NCBI GenBank assembly: GCA_051362555.1
Contig: CM120648.1
Location: forward strand, 3,716,587-3,780,586
Direction of reading: 5' to 3'
From: Lingula anatina
Taxonomy: Eukaryota; Animalia; Brachiopoda
DNA: 64,000 bases
Of the stretch, positions 36,753 to 51,575 are shown piece after piece (the stretch's first letter is position 1; every line of letters starts with the position of its first letter). The position numbers were made by a program, and so were the translations under genes. The notes beneath the pieces were generated by a model. It saw only the letters and a list, made by a program, of their open reading frames with translations. It did not search any database and was not told the origin of the DNA.

Positions 36753-39700
36753 GAGGGGAGAGGAGGGGGGCCTGTCTTATTCCAAAAAGAGGACATTATT
36801 TAACTTAATTGCATATGATTAACTAATACTTGTATTTTAAAGCTACTGAAATTTATCATGGGTCTCGGCTTGAGAAGCACATAAGTTGATATGCCTCAGG
36901 TAGTGTAAATAACATGAGATCAGAATTATGATTAAACTGTTGTGACCCTGTGTTATCATTTTTATAGGTCATGTTGATGAAAGTCATGATGGCTGTAATA
37001 CACAAGTAGGAGATCCTAAGAGATTGTCCTAGTCTGCTTTATAGATAGGAGGAAGATAAGATGTATGTAGAGGGAGAGGCGCACACACACACAAACACAC
37101 ACACATGCATGCAGGCAGGCACATGAAAGAACACACAAAGATACACCTGAGAAGAAGTAGGCGTTCATATCTCTTAGTTGCCCCAACTTGAGAAATGCAC
37201 CAGAAAATAGAATACATTTTGATACAGAGTGTAAATTATCCAGCCAAAAGGATGGTTCTTTTTAGTCCCCCACCCCCCATTTATGGACCTACACACATAA
37301 AGCTATTCAAAGAAAAAAAAAAGAGAGAGAGAGAGAGAGAAACCTTATTTAGACAGAGAAGATGTAACAAATTTTTTTGACACTCATGGCATTGAGTAGA
37401 ACACGAAAGAGCTGGTGATTATGCAATTTAGGAACAGGAGGAGGCTTGTTTATCTGATTGCATTCAGCATGAGTCCCAACAGAGTTGGATCAATCTACGT
37501 GGGATGATGGTTTCATCGGGCCTACAGTTCAGAAGTCCTCAGTAAACTTAATGTAACAGTTGTGGAAGTCGCATAGGATGCAGGAAGCACAGAGCATGTG
37601 GGTGTATGGAGGAAAACCTCACTAATTAATACATCCATTTCCCTTAATACCCAACTGGATATGGGCTGTGAAACTGGAGAGATAGGAAATGGTACACTGA
37701 TTTGATTCTTAATTCATAATATTCCTCTTAATGATTTCTACAGCAAAAGAAAATGAGCTTTAAAAAGATTTATTATAAACGTTCTACTGAGGATGGCTAT
37801 TTGGGATGTTGTGAAACTGTGTGTAAATGTTTCTTTTTTTTTTTCTGGATGACACAGTTTGCCGACCCAACCAGGCTGCCTTCCCACTTCCCTGTCCATC
37901 CATCTTGTCCTTAACCCTGTGATTGTAATGAGACAAAGACAAATGACCTGTCTGACAATAAGTGTGACTGACTGGACTCGTGATGGCAGCTAAGGTGCTT
38001 GTTCTGGTTGCTTTGAATGTTTGGTTTTTAGATATTTGATTTTGGGTGACCAGTTTCTAGTTTTTATTGTTGTCTGCTAGCAGATTCAGATTAATAATTC
38101 ACATATTTTTTCACCAGTTTGTTAGCGGCTGATTGTCAAAATGAGAGACCATTATTGTTGTTATGTCCTTCCCCATCCTCCTTATGGGTATGACTTACTG
38201 TGGGTGCAAATCTTAAAAGGCCTAAGCACATCACTGTTATATCTTTATGTAATCAAGTTCTTTTTGCTACATATATTAATGCAATAAGGAAAATGTCCAG
38301 TCTTTCTGAAATTTTTATTTGAACTCTTGAATCCTGGTTCAGAAAAGTAGATTTTAGGAAAGTGGTGGTCTGAATGGCCAGTAAGCTGAAAAATTTATGG
38401 CACAGACTAAAGACTGGTTGATGACTGTGTTAAATATATGTTGCATTGTTGCCAAATATGCTACTTTTTACATTCCTTGCATCATGCTAAAATAACATAT
38501 TAATAAACAGCTACATGGGGCTACCCTGGGACCATGATTTTTACCACCTTTTTAAGTTTTCACAATATTATTTTGTCCTCAATAAAAGATGTATGCAGTT
38601 TGTTAAGTACTTAGCTGGGAGTTGAGTCAATAAAGAGGTGATTATTTATCTTATTGAAATTTTAAAGTTTTTCAAAATTTGTGAAGCGTTTAAGTTGTGC
38701 AATTATGTGCTTGGGTAGTTCATCTCTTCTGTCTGTTATCCTTAATTTCCCCACCCTAGTATTTGTTCCTGACTATCTGTAGAGGTTACTATATTATTAT
38801 GTATATTACACAGCTAATTAAAGGTAATGCAAAGAGATTTCAAAAGCATGGTGTGTAGTTAAATTGCTTCTTTCTTTAAATGAAGAAACTTAGCAGCTTA
38901 AGAGGAATCAGGTCTCTTGCAAAACAATGTCTTTGTTGAAAGAATTGAACACTTAACATGTTCAATGAATATAAAGTTATCTCCCTGTAAAATTACATCT
39001 CAGATATGTAAGCTGTGCAAACACGGCTTTGTTCAAGAGCATCAAAATCTCCGCAGAACAGAATTATCTACTGCCCCTCTATCTCATGGTTGATCGCTGT
39101 CTAGACGTATCCCTGTAATCAATCAGACATTTTATTTGCAGAAGATTAAAAGGGGCGGTGATTACCCAGGAAAGTTGCTGTTTTGCTTTCATTATTCTTC
39201 CTCGTCCCAGGTCCCATTTTCTGGAAAATATTTGGATGATGCTAATTCAAAACAAACATGGAGTAATTGTATTGAGGGTTGATCATGTGTAGGAGATCAT
39301 TTAATTAAGGGGAAGTTGAGTGGAAGAGAAAGAATTGCGACTAGTTGTTAGAATAGAGTCAAGGTATTGATCTTTATAGACCTTGGTACCAATACGCAAG
39401 TGTCGGTAATTTTCAGCCGATGTTTGATTGGTTGATGAAAAGGATGTGAATGGTGAGGCAAAATATACTGAGGATAAGAAAGGGGAGTTGCGTTACGTTC
39501 TGCATTGGGTGATGTTGATATGATTTTGAACCAGCTGACTGATTGATCTTCAGTACAAGTTGAAATGGAAGTTATGAATATTGAGAGATAATTTCTATAA
39601 GGTGAGTCACGCTGCTAGTTCTAGATGTACTAGTACCTGATCTCAACAGCTAAAAGAAGTTCATATTGTTTGTGATGGTCTGTGTTTGTGTGTTTGTGCG

Positions 39701-42700
39701 TGTGTGTGTAGTGCATGCAGGGACTCATATACTAGTACACATGTTTGTGTTTTTGTATGAAGGAATGTTATAGGCATTATGGCTTATTTGGTATAATTAA
39801 CAAGGGTCCCTTTGGGCAGATAAAACTATATGAGCCATCAGTATAGACTCAGACTAGTTTCTGTAACTGTTACACCTGCCATTGACCTGCACACCAGGGC
39901 ATGCATGAGCTTCTGCCGTGGGCTAAAGAAGATGTTGATAGACTATAGGTGTTATATAGAAAAGAGAAGACCTTTAGGAATGTGATGTCAAAAATGAAAA
40001 AATGCTATTTTTTAAATTATTATTATTAATATTATTCCTTCAAAAGAAAAGAACATTGCAAGAGAAGCATGTGAGTAGAGCTCTGGATTATTTCATTGTT
40101 TCAGTTAAGATCAATGAAAGATCTATGCAAATATGGAACAGATCTTTGGGGAACAAGTATGCTTCAAGTCGGAGATCATCACATGTGACAGAGTGTTTTT
40201 TCACTTGCTGAATTGAAACACAGGTTGCACATACATTCTAACTTTCCTTCCAATCAGTATTTCTGGAGGACAATTTTCACCATACAAATGCGTATATAGT
40301 CTTAAAAATTTAATATACAGCTAGCTGCTATAGCAACAATAACCTCATTCACTTATGAACTGAGAGCCTTGTCTCAAATCATGAGACTTGAAAATATTAA
40401 AATGTGGTAAAAATTCTGAGAATTTACAATTAGCTGTAACTGTTGTTAAAAATATTATTGGATCTTTTAGGAACTCAAGCAGTGCTGACTGAGAGAAAAG
40501 AGAAAGAAGCTATGTGCTTGATGAATATTGTGTTTCGTTTGTTGGAAAAGAAATAAGTTTAAGTGTAACAGTTTTTTAAAGGTTTAAAATTATAATAACT
40601 GGCCAAAGGACATGAACATTTAAAAATTATTTTGAATTTGGCTGAAACTAAAAATGTGCCAGCCAGAGAGAAACTTGGTAATATTACACTATCTGAAACA
40701 GAATGCTGAACAAAATCCATAATGTTACATCAGACCTAAATACATGTGACATAATCAATGTTATACTTGTCTTTGTTTTTAAGACTCATACATATGGCAA
40801 ACCATTTCTAATGAGAATAAGATTGATTTTGTTTTATCTGGAGAGGAGATAATACAGCTTCTTGTTCATTTGAACAGATGTAGAACATCTTGTAATCAGT
40901 TAATTAACATCCTTCATTAAGGTTACAGCAACTCCATGAAATGATGATGACTCATGATTTTTTTTAAACGCCAGGATAAGATGAAGCTTGTCTTGTAGCA
41001 CCCACTGCATGTTTTAAGATGCCATTGCGCTGCCTCCATATTGGCGCTTTCCTTTCAAAGTCCATGCTCTGTGCTTGTGCAGCGGCACATCTCACTCATT
41101 TCATTTTCACAATTTTTGTGGCCCTGTGGCCTGTTTCACTATGTTCCCAAAGTTCTTTGGCTAAACTTACTGAGCTTAGACTGTTAAAATCAGATAGCCG
41201 ACTGTGTTGACTTTATGATTTTGGTCTAAGGTCTTTTAAGAGTGTTTAACCAACAGTAGATAGATTGAGTTAATGGGTGTATGATTGTCATCACTTAGTG
41301 TGAAAAATTATTATGAAAGTTGCAAAACAATCACCATAATTGCAAAGAGCTTAGTTAAAAGACTGAAAAACAAGGCGACTGCAAAGCAATCCTTTTAGAT
41401 TATTCATAAAGTGTATCTTTCAGTCAGCAAACTCGTAATTTAGCCTAGGGTTAAGATTATAGCCTGGAAACTGACTTTTTGGCAGCCTCCTATCATTTCA
41501 GGGAATCTGATGAAGTTGTTTCATAATTATTCTAAGAGCATTTATCCATATCAACATATATATATCATTACTGGATCATTAGGTAAACCACATGCTTCAT
41601 TTGTCTACCAGATGGATTGGTTTTAAACTTTACACTTGATCTCTCAGCTCTTAATGCTTCAATATATCGATTCCTGACATTAAATACTTGATGCAAAATA
41701 AAGCACCATTTGTTTAATCATCATTGTGTTTGTTAAAGATATTGTAAATTAATAGCATTATGCCAAATGAACATGAAACCAACATCTTGGCTCTAAATTT
41801 TCAATATTGATTTCTCATAATACAAATTATCTGAAAAGACATAAAGCATAGTTCATTTGAAGGACAGGTGGCCTTGTTAAACGTTTAGTTGAATTACCCG
41901 CTAAACCTAACAGCCTTAAAATATTAACATCAAATTATCGTGTAACGAGCTGCTAAGCCCTGAATGTTTCAATATGGATTTCCGATACTTTGTATATGAT
42001 TTGAATGGGAGAAGCTAAATATTTGATAGGCAAATAGCCAGGAGAAGAGCATCTTGGCCCTCCCATGTTTTGTATCAAAACATCAGTGACAAGGTGTGTG
42101 TGCTGGCGGACAAAAGACGGGATGTTTCACCAACATATCATTGCATTGATTTGCCATGTGTGTCACAGATTTAAATCGCCTTATATCAACATGGGGGGGA
42201 TCTTTGTAAGGTGTTTCAGCTTTGGGGTGTTGTGCGGCTCGGATAAATCATTTTGTATCAATAAGGTGTGGGTTTAATGAGGATCATGTGCGTCTGGGTT
42301 TTGGTTGGTTAAGTTAAATCATTGTATGGTGTAAGGATGAAATTGTACTAGGTTTTCCCAGTATTTCTGCAGATTTGTTGAACTATTTTATTACCAAATG
42401 AATGTAGCTCAGTTTTTGTGCAGGTAAGTTAATGAACAATCATTTTCTCTCAGAAAGGTAAGATTTTTACAAGGAGAATTTACGTAAGGGCCTAGTTGTT
42501 TAGCTTGGCTACTGATACTATGTTCGATTGCTGTGCAATTTACTCAACCTAAGCGATATTAATATTGATATATGGAAAATTTATATACTGGTTCAATATG
42601 TTGAACAGAGTGGCTGTCATAATGCTTGTCTGCCCTGATTGTTATTTGATAGATTGGTGTAAGATGGGAATTGATATTGGACTATTGATAGGTGTGCTAT

Positions 42701-43702
42701 TGAGGATACACTGGCCATCTGGCACTGAGAGCTGGGGTTCTTACCATGAAATCCTATTGAATGAATAACACATCATCATTTGCTGGTGTATTTTTCAAGT
42801 GTCAGTCTGGTACCCTGAGTTTCAGAGCATATTGGAAGGTCACATCAGTTAGCAGTGTGTTTGCGACTGGGTTCCCATAACCCTATCATGTGGGGTTAAA
42901 ATATTCCCAAGAAACCCAGGTTTATTGAGCTAGATGACCATATGAAATATGCTACAAAAAGACCAGCTGGTGGAGGTCAATTGTAATTGCTTATACATGA
43001 AGCCTATCCCCATCAACACATAAACATTGTATTACAATTAATAAAAGGGAATGACTTAATTTAATTTCAATGGGACAATTGGTCTCACACCTACGTTAAG
43101 CAAACCTGTGGCAGGTGGGTGATTGTCTACCTGTAGCTGCACTTAAGGTGTGAGAAAATATCATTCACAATAGATGTAACAATAGTATTTGATAATAGTA
43201 ATGTTGCATGCATGTGTTTGGACTTGTTCAAAATCTGCTGTGGTATAAATACCTTCTTGGTTTGCAAGTAATTATAGCAAGTTATCAAAGCCTTATTCTT
43301 TTGTGTGCAGTTTATGTTCAAACAAGGAAGAAGCATGATGTTTGTAAGGTAGGTGTAGAAAAATGATGATTATTTACTCGGAGAAAATGAAAATATATTA
43401 CTCTTCCAAGTTTTATTTCAAGGAGGAAAAATAGGAGAAATCTTTTGAGTATTGAAAGTGTCTCATTGACTCATTCAAGCATTGTCATTTTTTTTCTTTG
43501 AATTACTTGATTTGCAAAGATAAAGTGTTTAGTGGTTAATTTCTGTCATTATTGATATATATATATAACAGACCAGTGGGGAGAGAAATGTGGAGAAATT
43601 GTCAGCGCAGAGCTGGTCTCTAACTCCTTATCATATAGAACTCTCAACAACTGAGTTTTGCCATACAGTGATGATGTAGCAGTATTTTGAATTTGAGATT
43701 TA

Positions 43703-43740
<38 letters not shown>

Positions 43741-44208
43741 ACATTATTTTGCACACAGAAACCATAAAGTGTCTCCTCCACCAGTCAACCGCCTGAAGTG
43801 TCAGAACTCGGGCAGGGATGTACAGTACAGATTACATAATGATAAGCAAGCCAAGGTCAGGTGTCACTGTCTAGACACACTACATTTTCAAAGAGGAGGA
43901 GAACCAGTTAGATAGATCACCGAAGCACAAAGAGGAGTGTGGTACTGCTGTTGGAGTAATTTAGAATTAATGCAAGAGAAACTACAGAAGATTACAGTAA
44001 TAATTTTAAATTGTCAAATTATTAAAAAAAAATAATAATTACTTGTTTTCCACATATTTGTGTACAGTCACTCAGTAGTTTCTGAAGGTATTGATTACTC
44101 TCACATAGGTCTGACAGTACAGCCTGATCTAAGCTCATTTCTTATTCTCTACCATTTGTGTTGCACGTACCCCATTCCAACCCCTCCCCCCACCCCCACT
44201 CCCTTGCC

Positions 44209-44371
44209 CAGAGGCAGATTTAGGCTGTCTTCTGGGTCTTCTGGAAGACGGTCAGATTTTCAAGTTTACATTGACAGGTATCTATTTTTTTTCTGTCGGA
44301 AGACCATCAAAAATGGAGGTAATAAAGATAATTTGGAAGACTGTCAGGAAATATCTCTGGATCCGCCCCTG
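44209..44371 (+). mobile_element. CAGRGGC-ended MITE, 6-bp TSD
   Basis: TIR CAGAGGCAGATTTAG / CTGGATCCGCCCCTG; CTTGCC at 44203-44208 and 44372-44377; internal GAAGAC/GTCTTC repeats. Confidence 0.85.
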
Positions 44372-47300
44372 CTTGCCTACCCCCACCCCCTCAGCTTGCA
44401 TCGTGTTATGGTATAGTGACTCAATATTTTCAATGGGGGAAAATTGTGAATTTTACAGATACTGTATTTTTCAAGACAAATTCTTGAAATAAGAACATTC
44501 CCATTGAGTGACAGCAACAAAGCTGAAAAGCCGGCCACCTTAATTGTATTTCTGTTCTTTATGGTAAAATCACTAAACAAAAATCCAGTTGTTAAAATAA
44601 ACAATGCTTATTCCAAAATTGCATCTATGAAAGATTGATTATTTTCCCCCCATTGAAAAGATCAAGCCAGTGTTCTGTATTTTGATGGAAGACCTGCACA
44701 GTCACCTGGATCCAAGACATTACAACGGTGTGGCTTGTTGTGGTTACACACACACAGAGAAGACAGAGAAGAGTGCCCCTATTATCATATTCATATAGTG
44801 GTACACTGGCTGCCAGTAATTGCTGTACTTAGTTAATAATAACCATGAGTGATGCTCTTCTGTGTCACAGGGTTGAATGCTTTCAGGGCATATTGCAAAG
44901 ACAGCGTCGCTGTTGAGATGGAGGTTTACGATAGGCTGTGGAGTGAATGAGAGAGAGACAGAGGATGGACTTGTGAAGTTTTGATAAACATCCAACAGCC
45001 ACTGTTGTCTGAGGTGGTATTGAATTGATAAGTTGTGGGCAAGATTTTGTCATGTAGACAGAGAGAAGACCCACCCACAGGTACGAGGTCAGCTTAAAGA
45101 ACCTTAAGAGATTGCTTTCTCTGTGGTTTCATCTGTTTGTTTGTTGGTTCATCGATTCATTCCTTCATTCCTTCATTCATCCTTTCATTCATTCAGTTAT
45201 CTTATGCATCCATCTATTCATTGATTTGTTTGTGCATTGGTCTAGAAATATAGTGGTTTAGAAAACAGTCTGATGATATATGCTGGTCAGCTACACTTAA
45301 TACAAAACAAACTTTACCTGTGAGTTGGAACAAGCTCAACCACGATAAAAGAAAAGTTTGTGAAAAAAAAAACAAAAAACAAAACAGCCATACAAAAGCA
45401 CTAAAGTTTATGTTACAGAAGCAATATTTCCCAAGGCAGTCAAATGCCATTGGAAGCAGGGAAAATAATTTACTTCCTGACTTGTGCTTCAGCTGTTTTG
45501 ACAGTTTGACTCTTAGATTGAAAAGTATGCTATTAGTCCTGTGAAATAGGAAAAACACTATTTTCCCCCAGACAGGTGCAATGCTTGCACATGTACCAGT
45601 GTATTGTGAAAATAAATAATCTTGGATTTTCAAAAATGTTATGATGTAATTTTAGGATCATGTTAAAATGTTAATAAAAAAAGAAAGAATAATAACAAGT
45701 ACAAAGTATTTTTTTTCTACATGACAGTTAAGATCTGCAAGTAGGGACATTAGCAAACTCAAATGATTTGACACTAAATGAAAAGTGTTTGGAACAAGAA
45801 CTGTGAGATCTAAACCAATGTAGTATTTTCAAGAATTTTAAGATCAATGACCTTCTGTCTTAATATTGGATGACTTTTATAAGAGAATAGCTGCCAATAT
45901 GTCACACGGTCGCCCACCACTTAGTTTCTAATCAGACATCTTTGTGAACAGAGCTGTTAGCTCTACTTGAATATCAATAAATGTCCAAAGACAAATTAGT
46001 TGATGTTTGATGGAGGATTTGTGGGCAGAAAAAGAAGAGTGAACATTGAATGAAGAATTGCAGGATTTGCCATCTGTAGACATGCAGAATTGATCCAGGA
46101 TTATTGGAAACTGGCTTGTGGATTACATATATTGGCCATGGCATATTGTATCTGTAGATGGGTAAATACCAGATCCAGTGCAGATTTCACAAGGAACTTT
46201 AGGCTAAAAAATTGGTTTACTTTGTTTCAGTAAAATAAATTTAAATGTAATATTTAGGGCTTAAGCCAATATCACAAATTAGTAAAGGCTGCTACTAAAA
46301 GTTATGATGATAACAATAGAAATAATAATAAAAATGTTTACAAATGTAGCTGTTGTCCAAGAAAAAAATATATTATTAACTTATCTTGCCTGAAACTGCA
46401 TTCAGACAACTTGAAGGTTATCTGACATGAAGGAGGAAGGACAAGATGGTGTCACTGGATACCAGAGAGATTTTAAGAACAGACTAGCCAATCTTTGACA
46501 GCTGCAACAAAATTGGACAAATGAGGTAATTGGGCAATTTGTCAACAGCCGTCGCCATAGAGACGCACTTCTCTAGCTCTCTGCGTCAAGTTACAAAATG
46601 ATATTGGTTTGATTTCAAGAAGACCACCAAGAGTTGTCACTGCCACTCGTCGTGTCAGAAGGCGGATATGAGATTCAGGCATGACGATGTCATGTTGCGA
46701 CATTGGGTATAAACTGTGCAACGAATTACATGTGGTAATTCATCAATAAATTTGAACAGCAGGAATAAATACCCCCCCCCCCCTTAAAAAAAGCTTTGTT
46801 GTTAAAACTTACAAATTTAAATTCATCTTATTCACAAGTGATGTGGCATCATGTTAGAAGCTATATAATTTTGGGAATGTCTAAACATGATAAACCACGA
46901 GAAGGTTGGAGATAAGAAAAGTGATGCTTTTTTCCAAGTAATTGCTGCTTACTCCTGTGGCGAAGAGAAGAATGAGGGATTAAATAGAAAGTGAAGGAGT
47001 GAATCATGATACAACACTGCGTGGGACCAAATTATGAAATCATCGATCAAGCTTCTGTTTTTTTTTTTTTTTTTTTTTTTGTGCTTTTTATCATCTGTTT
47101 TCATAGGAAAGTTTCCACTGACAGTATTGTTTGACTATGCTCAAATAGTAAGCTGGCAAGTCATACTGTATAGTCTAAGTTACATAAAAATTGTCATTAT
47201 TATCATTTACTTTAGATGGGCATCATTTTATTATGTATGAATTCTATTGTCACTTTTCAACTAAAATAAGCGCTTTTGATTATTCTTAGATTCCTCATGG

Positions 47301-48073
47301 TGTGATTAAAAAGGCTACAACAGCTCACCTTCTCGGATGTATTTTTTTATCTTTTTAATAACATTTGAAAAGGATTGTGGACAGCCTCACAACATTTTAA
47401 ATCTCTTCCCTCACAGTTCCAGTAGAAAAGATATATGCTAGGGAAATGATATTTGATCTAATAACAATGCAAATGTACTTAATAATAGAATGATTTAATT
47501 AAATACAACCACCATGTCGTCCAGAGGAATTATAGCCAGATCAATTCCTACTATGAGGTTCTATAAGTCCACAGTAGACTTGACTGGAAGTTCTTTCTGC
47601 AGCTCATTGCGCAACCATTGATCAGTAGATCTGGAAATCCATCATCATAATGAAATATTCTGTAATATTGTATTCCAGAACATTGTATCATATTTTTCTG
47701 ATGAATGGTAATACTAATAGGAATTTTTTAAAGCCTTTTTTCAAGTTCACTATACATTGCCCTGTACTTGAATTCAATTTTTTTCATGAAAATGTGCCTT
47801 TTTGACTAGTTTACTTCTATTAAAAGTCTCTGTATTGATTGGTTTATAAAGCTTCTTGCTGATCAGATCAATTATAACAAAGGAATCTTGTTGAGTGTTG
47901 AGGCACAGAGGGTGACTTCCTGTTCCGAGATCAGCTGCTTTACATAATATTGCCTGATCTGTTGGTTAACCACTACCATCACCAGACGATTCATTACCTC
48001 TATTCCCTGAGAGGCTTAGCATTTGGAACAAGCTAGAAACATTCATTCCTCTTTGCGTGTTGGGCAGGACTAA

Positions 48074-48241
48074 AAGGGGCGGATTTAGGCCATCTTCTGG
48101 GTCTTCCGGAAGATGGTCAGATTTTCAAGTTTATATTGATGGGCATGTAATTTTTTTCTGTCGGAAGACGGTCAAAAATGGAGGATGGATTGATAAAGAT
48201 AATTCGAAACCTGTCAGAAAATATCTCTGGATCTGCCCCTG
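48074..48241 (+). mobile_element. Second copy of the 44209-44371 MITE
   Basis: Collinear high similarity along its length; flanked by ACTAA (48069-48073, 48242-48246). Confidence 0.85.
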
Positions 48242-49716
48242 ACTAATTATCTAAAACAGGAATAGGAGATTTTGGATCTGGCCAAAAAAAAAAAAAAAAA
48301 AACATGGAGGTTACAGAGGGTCATGTATAATAAAGATAATAATAATAACAATACTTTATTGAGCACTCATATGTTTACAAAGTGCATTTTACAGGTTCTC
48401 TACACTATTAGGGGAATATTATGAGGAATTCGTAGGATGTCTACATGCAGATTGGACCCATGGTAGTAATTATATATCATTACGGTTTCAGTTTTAAGTG
48501 GATTTTGATTTATTACAAAAAAGTACTCTTTTGTAAAAAGAAGTCATATTATGGTGATTAGTTACTATTAATACGTGTGATAGCAAATGAATAAATACAG
48601 ATCTGAATTTTAAGGAAAGCTTTTTTATGATACCTGGTACATCACTTTTCTTTCTAATAATATGAAGAAAGTCTGTCAAAAAGGCACATCATCAAATAAA
48701 AAACACATTTGAATTCTAGCACACTTGCCTAGGCAGTGCGTTGTGAACTTGACTAATGCGAAAAGTGTGCATTAAGTATTGTTCAAAGGGAAACAGCTTG
48801 TAAAGAAATCACCATTTAACTCTTGAAATGTATTTTTAGGTGAAGTGATTTTTAAACTGTTTCAAGTAATAGCGTGTATGTGCCACATATTACACAGTGT
48901 GACCTGAGAAGGATAGCAAGGTCCAATCGAGACAGATTGAGATTTATATGCAGGATCTCTACAGACTTTTTTCCAAGAGAAAATCAATTTGGTACACAAA
49001 TTACTTCAAAAGCAAGGCAGGTAGTTTTTTTTCCTGAAGCCATAGAGAATTTTGCTTTTCTGGAAAGTATACCTTGTAAGGATTCAGCACAAAGTAAGGT
49101 TTGCATGGAAGTTCTTGTGACGCCATTGAAGTGATTGTGGGGATATTTTATTTTTCTTTTAGGTAAGATCAGCTAGGTACAACAAGTGTCTTTAGTTAGT
49201 GGTCAATCTTGAGTATATTCACAAGTGTGTATGATCTAATCTTGTGATCTTTTTCTTATGTGAGGTCAGATAATTGAAGTCTATGGCCATTTCATATAGG
49301 TTCAGTAGTGTGCACCACAGTGCTATGTGTATTCCTGGTGTATTCCTGCCTGTGAATCACCAGATAGTAGACTGATCTAGACTAAACTTGTTAATCGTCT
49401 AAGATCAACTAGAAAATGTGATTTATCTACTGTAGTCTGCCTGAAGCAATGCAGTCTTCTCTGTTCTTGTCAAGTGGATATGGATGCAATGATGGTGTAA
49501 TATTAGTCTGCTCCATTGTGAAACATTTTCAATTGCCTATTTTTCTACAGACAAATATTTACTTCATTCTTTTTCTAAACTATGTAAACAGCGGGCAAGA
49601 AATTCACCACTGTACATCATCAGTGCACAGATTTATTTCTGCAGGTGCTTCGTTGGGCCACGCAACGCCTGACCCTAATTTTTCATGGTGTTAATGTTTC
49701 CTTTTTCTCATTCCAG

Positions 49717-50073
49717 CCATTCAATCTCTGGACACATTGAATGACCAGATTGTCCAGTTTCTCTTCACACCTAAGGACCCAGATTTGGACATTGACCAAG
49801 AGTTAACTCCACGACAATGTCAGGCTTTAAAGACTTCCATGAATCTGATGCGCCGCCTGCTGGAAGATGCCCAGGGAAAATTTCGTAAAATGGTCGAGGA
49901 CAATAAACAGTTAGCCACACACATTGATACTTCGATAGAAATGGCCAATCAGCAAGTGCACATGCTACGTGAAGAGTTGTTGGACACAAATCGTAAACTT
50001 TTGGAGATATCTGGAGGAAGGTTTCAAAGTCAAGGCAATATGGAAAATTCTTATAATGTTCATCGTAATGATG
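49717..50073 (+). CDS. KAZN: Kazrin exon, N-terminal coiled coil
   Basis: MVEDNKQLATHIDTSIEMANQQVHMLREELLDTNRKLLEISGG matches the kazrin N-terminus as I recall it (MMEDNKQLALRID...TNRRLAELSGG); phase 1-1. Confidence 0.92.
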
Positions 50074-51332
50074 GTAAGTCTGAGCCTTTTTGAAACATTT
50101 TTTGAATTGCCTGTTTTTAAGGTCTAATATTTCTATTTTTTCCCCACAGACAAACTTTTTGTTACTTGAGCAGTTTATGTCCTTCAGACACCTTCATGAA
50201 TTGAATACAACTTATCTCAAGTGAGTTAAAGTTTGTTTTTGGCAAAAAAAAGTAAATATAAATTCTTACATCTATTGAAAGAGGAACTTATATGAACAAA
50301 TTGCTGTTTTACTGATAAGATAATATTATATATAACTTTTTGAAATTGGCTGCCATGGCAAACAAATAAACAAACAGCCATATGGAGGTAATATTTCATT
50401 TTCGACCTTGTTGCTTTCATCAGAGGATCTACAATTTAATAGCCACAACATTATTAAAGAGTGAGAGATGGTATTATAAATTTGTAACAGTTATTGAACT
50501 TGCTAGTATTATTGTAATTTTGCCATTTTCTGAAGTTCCAATTTTATTTCATCTCATGTAATAGATAGGCAAATACTGGTTGAACTTTTCTCATACACAC
50601 TCCATGCTATTTCAAATTTGCCAACAGAGAAACAAACAGGCTGTTTCTGAAAGAATTAGTCATTGGGAAATGCAATGACATTCAAGTTGTCATACTTGCT
50701 GTCATTTTCCTGTATTGACTACTTCATCTGTAAACTTTAGAATAAGCTCTTTCCAACCTTGATATTTACAGAACATTTTGTGTTCGGAGCATTATGTCAG
50801 ATGTTGGTCATAGGATAATATTAAGCTGTTTTTAAAATGTCAAGAACTTCCTGAAATGCTTGCTCATGTAAAATTTTAGACAGGTACTTCAAGAAAATGT
50901 CAGCTTTTTACATTGGATGATCTGTCAACAGTTGGACTTGCCTTGGAGGAAATTAAGAAAAAGTCTCTAAGATATGACTGAGTGGGCAAGACATCTATGG
51001 CAGACTTGTGACCTTTAAGTAACATGACTGGTGCCATCGTTTCTCTAAGCTCTGACTTATAGCCTCATCCTCATTTTAAAATAAATTCAGGCTAAAAAAT
51101 CAAATTGAACCAGGTTTGAAGCAGTTTGGCTGATGTCATGAAGCGCGTGAATTGGTCAGATTTACTCCCCCCCTGCAGTACCTCACCTGCATTAATATTT
51201 TGATATCGTAAAAGAAATAAGATATTTTGAGGCTCAAGTAGTAAAATAGTAAAATGTTCTCTTAATAAAATAAAAGAGTAAGCCCTTATCTGAGTCACAT
51301 TGTCAGTAACTTTTTTAATGGTTTGTTTCCAG

Positions 51333-51575
51333 GCATGCAGTATAATAATGACCGCTCAGAAATAGCGCGCCTGAAAGAGGAGAACACCCGTCTTCAGCAG
51401 CAGGTCCACTACCTGGACAGGGAGATGAAGGAATTACAGCTCACCAAAGATTCCGCCATGAAGTCGACCAATGGGATACCAGAGAAAGAGCTTGGGGTCG
51501 GAGAATTTGGGGAAGTTAAATTGGAGCTTCTTCAAACAAAGCAGGAATTGTTAAATGCAAAGGAAGCATTAAAAG
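51333..51575 (+). CDS. KAZN: Kazrin coiled-coil exon
   Basis: ttccag acceptor, G|GTACCA donor, phase 1-1; ELLQTKQELLNAKEALK. Confidence 0.9.

Noticed and set aside
36198-36822. HTHT / CVCV ORFs here and at 20070, 25630, 29544
   Set aside because: Translations of dinucleotide microsatellites
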